Shown here: positions 56,303-64,000 of the stretch, piece by piece
How the letters are laid out: each line of letters begins with the position of its first letter
Position numbering within the stretch: position 1 is the first letter of the stretch
Assembly (NCBI GenBank): GCA_963803435.1
Contig: CAWDML010000009.1
Span: 736,001-800,000, forward strand
Origin: an uncultured delta proteobacterium
GTDB taxonomy: Bacteria; Myxococcota; Kuafuiibacteriia; Kuafuiibacteriales; Kuafuiibacteriaceae
Reading direction: 5' to 3'
DNA: 64,000 nt
Made by a program: the position numbers and the translations under genes
The notes under the pieces: generated by a model
The model's input: the letters and a program-made list of their open reading frames with translations, nothing else
Database searches by the model: none
What the model was told of the DNA's origin: nothing

Positions 56303-58472
56303 ATGACCCCCCGGCCTTTCCTCTTCGTCCTCCACAATCACCAGCCCGTCGGCAACTTCGAGCACGTCTTCGCGGACGCCTACGAGCGCTGCTATCGGCC
56401 GGTCACGGATCTGATCGAGCGGTTCGAGGCGGTGAAGGTCGGCCTGCACTTCTCGGGTCCGCTGCTCGAGTGGATCAAGCAGCACCGGCCCCCGTACCTC
56501 GAGCGCCTCCGCGCGCTGGTCGAGCGGGGACAGGTCGAGATCCTGGGCGGCGGCTTCTACGAGCCCATCCTCTCGGTGCTCCCCGATCATGACGCGATCG
56601 GTCAGCTCGAGATGATGGCCATGTTCTGCGAGCGGCACTTCGGGACACGGCCGCAGGGCATGTGGCTGGCCGAGCGCGTCTGGGATCCCGATCTGCCGCG
56701 GATCCTCTCGCAGGCCGGCATCCGCTACACGCTCCTCGACGACTCCCACTTCCGCGCCGCTGGCGTGCCGGAGGATCGGATTGCCGGCTATTACGTCACC
56801 GAGAAGGCCGGGCACTCGACGTCCATCTTCCCCATCGACAAGGGGCTCCGCTACCGGATCCCATTCGCCCCTGCGCAAGAGGTCGTCGACTACCTGGCAC
56901 AGCACGACGGCGGCCCGTCCGCGACCTACGGCGATGACGGAGAGAAGTTCGGCCTCTGGCCGGACACGTACGACTGGGTCTTCGAGAAGAAGTGGCTGGA
57001 GACGTTCTTCTCCGGAATCGCCGAGGCGCAGGCGCAGGGGAGGGTGCGGACGGTGCTCCCCTCCAAGTACCTCGACGAGGCCCCGCCGATGGGACGGGTC
57101 TATCTGCCGAACGCCTCCTACGAGGAGATGATGGAGTGGGCGCTGCCGGTCGAGGGCATGAACAAGCTCCACGACCTCCGGGAGCAACTGAAGCAGCGCG
57201 GTGAGTACGAGATTCTACGGCCCGTTCGTGCGCGGCGCCATGTGGCAGAGCTTCCTCGCCAAGTACCCGGAGGCGAACCAGATCCACAAGAAGATGCTGT
57301 ACGTGTCGTCGCGGCTCCAGACTGCGATGGACGAGGCGATCAAGAAGGGCGGCGACGACGGCATCCGGGGCGAGGCGGCCAATCTTCTGGGCACCGCGCA
57401 GCGCGAGCTCTATCGAGGGCAGTGCTGCTGCGCCTACTGGCACGGTCTGTTCGGCGGGCTCTATCTCAACTACCTCCGGCACGCGCTCTACGAGTCGCTC
57501 CTCAAGGCGGAGGTGATCCTCGATCGGCTCCAGCAGGGGACGTCCGACTGGGTGGCGTACGAGGAGGAGGACGTCGATCTCGACGGGCGCCAGGAAGTGG
57601 TCCTCTCGAACCGCTCGCTCAACGCGTACGTGGCGCCGCATCGGGGCGCCGCGCTGTTCGAGCTCGACTGGAAGCCGAGTCACTTCAACCTGACCAACGT
57701 CTTGACCCGCTGCGAGGAGGGCTACCATCGCTTCGCCAAGGGCAGCCACGACACGAGCGGCGGCGGTACGCCGAAGACGATCCACGACGGGGTGCGGGTC
57801 AAGGAGACGGGCCTCGAGCGCTACCTGGTCTACGACGACGTCCCGCGCTGGTCCTTGATCGATCGCTTCTTCTCCCCGGACCTCACGCTGGACGGCTTCA
57901 AGAACCGCACGGCGAAGGATCGGGGTGACTTCGCCGCCGGAGACTTCTCGGTGGTGGAGGTCGGTGTCGATGAGCGCGGCAAGACCGGCGCCACGCTGAT
58001 CGTCGAGCGCACCGGACGCGTGGCCGAGCAACCCGTGAGGGTGCGGAAGAGCTATCTGCTCGCCATGGATGGCGGCGATCTGGGCGTGCGGTGGGAGATC
58101 ACGAACCTGGGCGAGTCTCCGCTGTCGGTGGCCTTCGGGAGCGAGCTCAACTTCAGCCTCCTCGCCGGCAATGATCCGTCGCGCTACGTGCGCATCAACG
58201 GCGGCGACACCCAGCACGCGCTGGAGACCGAGGGCGTGACGGAGCGCTTCGAGCGCGCCGAGCTGGTCGACCAGTGGGCCAAGCTCCGCCTCACGCTCGA
58301 GGCGAAGGGTGGGCCCCGAATGCTGCGGCACGCGATCGAGACCGTCTCCCAGTCCGAGAGCGGGCTCGAGCGGACCTACCAGGGGACCTGCTTCTTCCCG
58401 CTGTGGAGCCTCGAGCTTCCGCCGAACCAGACGAAGACGGTGGAGCTCCGGTTGATCGCGGGCGCGCTGTGA
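56303..58472 (+). CDS. GH57 alpha-amylase/4-alpha-glucanotransferase; apparent +1 frameshift at 57211-57216
   Basis: HNHQPVGN, GGFYEPIL, GMWLAERVW, YGDDGEKFG in the first frame; FLAKYPEAN, YWHGLFGGLY in the second. Removing one T from GATTCT joins them (EIYGPF). Confidence 0.9.
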
Positions 58473-59366
58473 GCGAGGTCCGCCGCGATCCCGTCACCGG
58501 ACGCTGGGTGATCGTCGGCGAGTGGAGCGACGCGCGCCCCGGATCGGTCGATCTGGGAGCGTCGGCGGTGGCGGTGGCGGACGCGCCCGGAGCGGTGCTC
58601 GATCGACGCATTCCGGTGGATCGGGATCGGGGCACCATCTTCGAGCGCATGACGGCGGCCGGCCAGCACGAGGTTGTGCTCGAGCACGCAGAGCCGGGCA
58701 CCTCGATGTCGGAGTATCCGGTCCAGCGGATCGCGGAGATCCTGATCATGTGGCGGGAGCGGATGAGGGCGTTCGCGGACGACAAGCGGTGGCGCCAGCT
58801 GGCGGTGGTGAAGAACCACGGCGCGGCTGCGGGCGCGCGCTACCTGCAGCCGGCCAGCGAGATCTTCGCCTTGCCGTTCGTGCCGCAGACCGTCCGCGAG
58901 AAGATGATGGCGCTCGCCGGCTACCACCGAAAGACCGGGAGCTGCCTCTTGTGTGATTCTGATCCGCGCCGAGCGGGCCGACAAGACCCGGCTGGTCGCC
59001 GAGAGCGTCCGGCACGCGGTGCTCTCACCGTATGCAGCGCGCGCGCCCTTCGAGACGATGGTCCTCCCGAAGGGCCACCACGGCGGGCTCGAGGTGGAGA
59101 GCGACGAGGAGCTGGGCGATCTGGCGGACCTGCTAAGCCGGCTCTTGCGCGCGCTCGAGGAGGTGCTGGAGCGGCCCGCGTATCAGCTGGTGCTCTGGAC
59201 CGCGCCGCTCGACGCGGGGGCCGACCTCGCGCAGTTTCACTGGCACCTCGAGGTGCGGCCGCGGCTCCCCATCGCGGGCGCGCTGGCCGAGCTCCTCGAC
59301 TTCAACCCGGTGCCGCCCGAGCAGGCGGCCCAGGCGCTCCGCGAGGCGCTCGCCCCATCGTCGTGA
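58469..59366 (+). CDS. GalT (HIT superfamily)-like protein, degenerate active site; apparent +1 frameshift at 58955-58960
   Basis: EVRRDPVTGRWVIV, GQHEVVLE, KNHGAAAGA, CLLCD, PFETMVLP, FHWHLEV, NPVPPEQAA. Confidence 0.8.
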
Positions 59367-61081
59367 GCGCGGTCGACTGGATCATCCGGAGCTCGCTCTC
59401 GATCGTCCGCCGTCTCTCCGACGACACGCTCCGCGGCGGCGCGCGCGCCGTCTTCTCCCGCTCGTGGCGGTCCTTCGAGCGCGCGATCGATCAGCCGCGC
59501 GAGCTCCAGACCGCGCGGCTGCTCGCCCTCGTCGCCCGCGCCCGCGAGACCGCCTTCGGGCGCGAGCACGGCTTCGCCGACATCCGCTCGCTCGAGGATT
59601 ATCGGGCCCGGGTGCCGATCCGGGGCTACGAGGCGCTCGAGCCCTACCTGATGCGGATGGTGGCGGGCGAGGAGGGGGTCCTGATCCCGGATCGCCCGTA
59701 CTTCTTCGGACGGTCGAGCGGGACGACCGGGACGCCGAAGTACATCCCGGTCACCCCGATGTATGTCGCCGAGTACCGGCGGCCGCGCCGGGTGTGGGCG
59801 CGCCAGGTGATGCAAGCGTTCCCGGGGCTGGTGCGCGGGAAGTTCCTCACGATCCACAGCCCGCGCATCGAGGGGCGCACGCCGGGCGGGGTCGCGTTCG
59901 GATCGGTGACGATCGGCCTTCAAGGCGAGCGGAGGCTGGCCCGGGCGGCGGAGGGCGTGCCCTTCATGGAACCGTCGCCCAAGAGCGTGTTTCTGCTCGA
60001 GGACTTCGACCTCAAGTACTACGTGATGCTTCGACTCGCCGCGCAGGTCGACGTGTCGCTGGCGGCGGCGGTGAATCCGTCGACGCTGGCGCTGTTCGCG
60101 AAGAAGCTCGACGCGATGTCCGAGCGGCTGGTGCGCGATCTGCGGGCGGGCACGCTCTCGGGGATCGAGACGCTGCCCGAGCCGGCGCGGACGGAGGTGT
60201 CGCGGCTGCTTCGGTCGGACGCGCGGGCGGCCGATCGGATCGAGGGCTCGCGGCGCCAGCACGGCCGGGTGGTCGCCACGGATCTGTGGCCGAACATCGC
60301 CGGCCTCCTCTCGTGGAAGGGCGGGAGCGCGCCCTTCTATCTGTCCCAGCTGGAGGCGCTCTATCCCGACAAGAAGGTGATGGATTACGGCTATCTGGCG
60401 ACGGAGGGCGGCTTCTCGATCCCGCTGTCGCCGGAGGGTGCCGCCGGAGTGGTGGCGGTCGGCGGGCACGTGCTGGAGTTCCTCCCGGAGGCCGGCGGCG
60501 AGACCGCGTACCTGGCGGACGAGCTGGAGGTGGGGCGGCGGTATCGCGTGGTGATCACCGGCTGCCACGGGCTGTACCGCTACGACATCAACGACGTGGT
60601 CGAGTGCGTGGGGTACCTGGGGAAGACGGCGGAGATCGTGTTCGTCCACAAGGGTGGCAACATGTTGAGCATCACCGGAGAGAAGGTCGGCGAGCGCCAT
60701 GCGGTCGACGCCGCGCACGCCGCCGAGCGGGAGACCGGGATCCCGATGGCGGGATTCTCGGTCACGGTCGAGCTGGTCAATCCGCCGCGCTATCTCTTCG
60801 GCGTGGAGCCGGCCCGCCCGATCGACGACGCCGAGGCCCGCGGCTTGCTGGCGGCGTTCGAGCGGGGACTGGCATCGGTCAACATGGAGTACGACGCGAA
60901 GCGGAGGTCGATGCGTCTCGGATCGCCGAAGCTGGTGGTGTTCGTGGAGGGGGCCTTCGAGCGGGAGCGGGCGCGGCGGGTCGCGGAGGGGGCGCCCGAC
61001 AGCCACGTGAAGCCGCCGCATCTGGCGCAGGATGCGTCGCTGTTCGAGCGGCTCGGTGTGGCGCGCACGATCGAGGCATGA
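59363..61081 (+). CDS. GH3 auxin-responsive promoter family (adenylate-forming) protein
   Basis: TAFGREHGF, SSGTTGTPKYIPVT, YGYLATEG, GLYRYDINDVV, SITGEK. Confidence 0.9.
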   Translation: MSAVDWIIRSSLSIVRRLSDDTLRGGARAVFSRSWRSFERAIDQPRELQTARLLALVARARETAFGREHGFADIRSLEDYRARVPIRGYEALEPYLMRMVAGEEGVLIPDRPYFFGRSSGTTGTPKYIPVTPMYVAEYRRPRRVWARQVMQAFPGLVRGKFLTIHSPRIEGRTPGGVAFGSVTIGLQGERRLARAAEGVPFMEPSPKSVFLLEDFDLKYYVMLRLAAQVDVSLAAAVNPSTLALFAKKLDAMSERLVRDLRAGTLSGIETLPEPARTEVSRLLRSDARAADRIEGSRRQHGRVVATDLWPNIAGLLSWKGGSAPFYLSQLEALYPDKKVMDYGYLATEGGFSIPLSPEGAAGVVAVGGHVLEFLPEAGGETAYLADELEVGRRYRVVITGCHGLYRYDINDVVECVGYLGKTAEIVFVHKGGNMLSITGEKVGERHAVDAAHAAERETGIPMAGFSVTVELVNPPRYLFGVEPARPIDDAEARGLLAAFERGLASVNMEYDAKRRSMRLGSPKLVVFVEGAFERERARRVAEGAPDSHVKPPHLAQDASLFERLGVARTIEA

Positions 61082-61740
61082 AGCAGATCAGAGCCATCTC
61101 GTTCGACATGGACGGGACGCTGTATCGGGTCTCGCGCCTGCGCGTCGCGTGGCGGCTGCGCCTCGAGCGCGGGCTCTTGCTGGCGCTGCTGGCGGCGCGG
61201 GAGAAGATCCGCCACGAGCCGCCGTTTCCCGATCGCGCGGCGCTGTATCGACGCGAGGCCGAGCTGGTGGCGCCGTCGTTCCGGCTCACGACGGAGGAGG
61301 TCGTGTCGCGCCTCGACGATCTCCGAGCGGCGATGCCGGGCGCGCTGACGCTGGGCGCACGGCCGTATCCAGGCGTGGTGTCGGCGCTCGAGGCGGCCCA
61401 CGCGCGCGGTCTCCGGATCGCGATCCTGTCCGACTACGATCCGGTCGAGAAGCTCGCGCACCTGGGGCTCGAGCACCTGCCGTGGGCGGCGACGATCGCG
61501 GCCGACGCGCTGGGCGCGCTGAAGCCCCATCCGCGCCCCTTTCTCGAGCTCGCCGGTCAGCTCGGATGCGAACCGGGCGAGGTTGTCCATGTGGGTGATC
61601 GGGAGGACCTCGACGTGGAAGGCGCGCTGGCTTCCGGCATGCGCGCCTGGCGCATCGCATCAAAGCGACGCGTGGCGTCGCGTTCGGAGCGTGTCTTCTC
61701 GAGGTATACCGTCGATCTCTTTGCGCGCCTCGCAGGATGA
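61078..61740 (+). CDS. HAD-superfamily hydrolase
   Basis: FDMDGTLY, ILSD, LKPHPRPF, HVGDREDLD. Confidence 0.9.
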   Translation: MKQIRAISFDMDGTLYRVSRLRVAWRLRLERGLLLALLAAREKIRHEPPFPDRAALYRREAELVAPSFRLTTEEVVSRLDDLRAAMPGALTLGARPYPGVVSALEAAHARGLRIAILSDYDPVEKLAHLGLEHLPWAATIAADALGALKPHPRPFLELAGQLGCEPGEVVHVGDREDLDVEGALASGMRAWRIASKRRVASRSERVFSRYTVDLFARLAG

Positions 61741-61776
61741 TTGCGAACCCAGAGGAAAAGGTATACGGCCAACCCT

Positions 61777-62769
61777 ATGCAGCGTTTCTTCAGCATGATC
61801 ATCATCTTCGGCATCCTGGTGGTCGGCGGTGGGTATCTCTACATGCAGAAGTCCGGCGAGGAGGCCAAGCAGGAGGTGATGGACAAGCGCGCCGAGGCGC
61901 GCCGCACCTTCGCAGACAAGGCCCGCGCCGCCGCGCGAGAGGACGACAACGGAGACTACGTCCGGGCGATCTCCGCCTCCATCAAGTCCTACGACGAAGA
62001 GCTGAAGAAGCGCGTCTACGCGAAGCGTGAGGAGCTCCGCGATCCGGCCGGCTACGAGAAGGAGGTCGACAAGCAGTTCAAGGACGGCGCCATCAAGGAG
62101 GTCCAGCACAAGTCGATGCTGGAGGGCTACAAGATGGTGCGCGAGGCCTACGACACGCTGATGGCCGCGAGCTGGAAGCCGATCCTGAGCGCCAAGGGGG
62201 GCGGTGAGACGCGGCTCGACATCTACGAGATGCACCGCGGCCGCGACGACGAAGGCAACCCGATCCTCGAGGGCAAGTTCTTCTTCTGGGGCATCGAGGA
62301 CACCACTCACATGACCTGGGGCCAGCTCGCGCTGCGCTATTGGGGCAAGAGCACGGAGCAGGTGAAGGAAGGCCGCAAGATGGTCGAGCAGGAGGTCGAG
62401 AAGGTGCTCGGCAAGGCCGAGGGCGACGCGCAGCCGACCGTCTTCATCCAGAACCCGAACAAGTACGTGGCCGACTTCCCGTCCTACGTGGCCATCGGCT
62501 ACATCTGGTTCCCGGTCATGCCGCGCGAGGCCTTCGCGGTCGACATCGAGTACAGCTACACGGCGAAGATCGGCGGCGCGAACGTCGACTCCGATCTCAA
62601 GTGGGAGAAGCTCCCCATCCCCGCCGCCTGGCAGCTGAAGGAAGGCGAGGTCTGGGACGCCGACGTCATCGAGGCGACCGAGGACGAGATCGCCGGCCGC
62701 GACGGGAGCGAGGATCAGCCCGCCGACCCGAAGGACGACAGCAAGGACGACAACAGCAAGGCGAACTAG
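61777..62769 (+). CDS. Membrane-anchored hypothetical protein
   Basis: N-terminal TM (FFSMIIIFGILVVGGGYLY) and strong host-like codon bias. Start could be 61741 or 61777. Confidence 0.75.
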   Translation: MQRFFSMIIIFGILVVGGGYLYMQKSGEEAKQEVMDKRAEARRTFADKARAAAREDDNGDYVRAISASIKSYDEELKKRVYAKREELRDPAGYEKEVDKQFKDGAIKEVQHKSMLEGYKMVREAYDTLMAASWKPILSAKGGGETRLDIYEMHRGRDDEGNPILEGKFFFWGIEDTTHMTWGQLALRYWGKSTEQVKEGRKMVEQEVEKVLGKAEGDAQPTVFIQNPNKYVADFPSYVAIGYIWFPVMPREAFAVDIEYSYTAKIGGANVDSDLKWEKLPIPAAWQLKEGEVWDADVIEATEDEIAGRDGSEDQPADPKDDSKDDNSKAN

Positions 62770-62784
62770 GAGCGTGTAGCGCGT

Positions 62785-63105
62785 AGCGCTACCGCGAGCC
62801 ATCTCGACAACGCGCTTGAGCTCCTTCTGCTCGTTGGCGAGTCGGCGCCTCAAGCAGGTGTGGAGTGAGGCGGCGCTTTCGGTGCCAGAGCGAAGTGCCA
62901 TCCGGTAGAAGCGAGCCTTCTCAGGTGGATTGAACTCTCCGGCGCCCTCGGCGGTGTTGTTCACGATGGAATCGGATGCCCGCCGAAGCTGATCGCGGAC
63001 GTGAGCGTGACCGGGTTGCAGTTCTTGTGCGATCTCTTCAGCGATGTCGGCATACTCGACGGCGAGCTGGTAGACCACGAGCTTCTCGTGATCGAAAGTG
63101 ACCAT
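62785..63105 (-). pseudogene. Four-helix-bundle protein (23S-IVP/TIGR02436-like), C-terminus truncated with no in-frame stop
   Basis: FDHEKLVVYQLA, RDQLRRASDSIVNNTAEGAG, KARFYRMALRSGTE. The frame then runs antisense through the neighbouring gene. Confidence 0.8.
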
Positions 63106-63224
63106 GCAAGCTAGCTTGCGGTGGCTCGTCCACTTTGACCAGCAGAAGTTCTTGGAGGTCGTTTCGTCTGGAATCGATCGTTGGGCGGATCGACTTCGAC
63201 GCCTGGACTTGATCCCATGGTTTC

Positions 63225-64000
63225 GTGGCGAAGCAATACCGTTCTTGGACTCCGAGACAATCGTTCTTGCTCCCGCCGTCCCCTCTCGAGTGGCTCCCAG
63301 AAAATCATCTCGCGTACTTCGTCTTGGACGTCGTCGATGAGGTAGAGCTGAGCGCGATCGAGATCTCGATCCAGTCCAAGGACCCGCGAGGCGAGCGACC
63401 GTACTCGCCTCGAATGATGATCGCGCTGCTTCTGTACGCCTACTGCACCGGCATCTATTCGTCGCGGAGGATCGCGCGGGCGACCTACGAAGACCTTCCA
63501 TTCCGGGTGCTGGCTGGAGAAAGTCATCCCCACTTCACGACGATCAACGAGTTTCGGCTCGTCCACCTGGAGGCACTGAAAGCGCTCTTCCTCGAAGTCC
63601 TGAAGCTTTGCCAGAAAGCAGGTTTGGTGCGGTTCGGACACGTCGCACTCGATGGCTCGAAGGTGCAGGCGGACGCGAGCAAGCACAAGGCGATGACCTA
63701 CGAGCGGATGGCCGAGGAGGAGAAGCGGCTGTCTCTCGAGATCGAAGAACTGCTGGAGCGAGCGCGCACGATCGACCAAGAGGAAGACGAGCAAAGCGGA
63801 TGATGCTCTTGTGGATCGGGTGGAGCCGAAATGATGGATGGCCGCATCATCGCGTTCCTGCAAATGTGGACGGCACACCGAGGCCCAACGCTCAGAGGAA
63901 CTTCACCGACTCAGACAGCAGGATCATGTTGAAGGAGGGAGCGTACCTCCAGGCCTACAATGCCCAAGTTGTCGTAGATGAGCACGCTCAGGTGATTGTT
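63225..64000 (+). mobile_element. IS1182-family transposase, disrupted; runs off the window end
   Basis: DUF772-type N-terminus (LLPPSPLEWLPENHL, GIYSSRRIA, VALDGSKVQADAS) stops at 63803. A different frame carries AQRNFTDSDSRIM...QAYNAQVVVDEHAQVIV. The region is visibly lower in GC. Confidence 0.88.

Noticed and set aside
35585-58960. Programmed ribosomal frameshifting or phase variation as the cause of the split genes
   Set aside because: No slippery heptamers or homopolymer/SSR tracts at the breaks. The shared GAT^C context in unrelated genes fits a systematic sequencing error better.
58274-61081. 935-aa apparent GalT-GH3 fusion ORF
   Set aside because: Artefact of the +1 error at 58955-58960. 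The GalT C-terminus is in another frame ending at 59366, and GH3 has its own GTGA-coupled start at 59363.
61660-63501. 613-aa minus-strand ORF
   Set aside because: Only 63105 to about 62785 is protein-like. The rest is antisense shadow of the 61777 gene and of the IS.

Overview
GC-rich bacterial chromosome segment, most consistent with a Myxococcota/deltaproteobacterial organism. This is inferred from GYF/AgmX-type proteins, DUF4388 regulators, a Ser/Thr kinase and PP2C phosphatase, and an Hsp70 paralog; no database search was run. The window holds a TPR lytic transglycosylase, asnS, an LPS core/lipid A cluster (split hldA/hldC, three GT9, GT4, lpxK, acyltransferase), xdhC-mocA, an Hsp70/J-protein pair, yicC-gmk, a complete rRNA operon (16S-tRNA-Ile-tRNA-Ala-23S-5S), tdk-upp-hpt, acpP-fabF, add, truA, a GltJ/AgmX-like and MshEN signalling cluster, a GH57-GalT-GH3-HAD operon and a decayed four-helix-bundle/IS1182 end. 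The most interesting locus is a bacterial microcompartment satellite operon (50643-52866). It has two EutN/CcmL pentamers, a class II aldolase with a C-terminal encapsulation-peptide-like helix, and a DeoC with an N-terminal encapsulation-like helix plus a Cys-rich linker. It sits beside thymidine and purine nucleoside phosphorylases, suggesting compartmentalised deoxynucleoside (prey DNA) catabolism. Also notable: four frame breaks are each repaired by removing one base inside a GATC site (probable modification-linked sequencing error), a highly structured leader precedes tdk-upp-hpt, and several enzymes appear to have lost catalytic residues.
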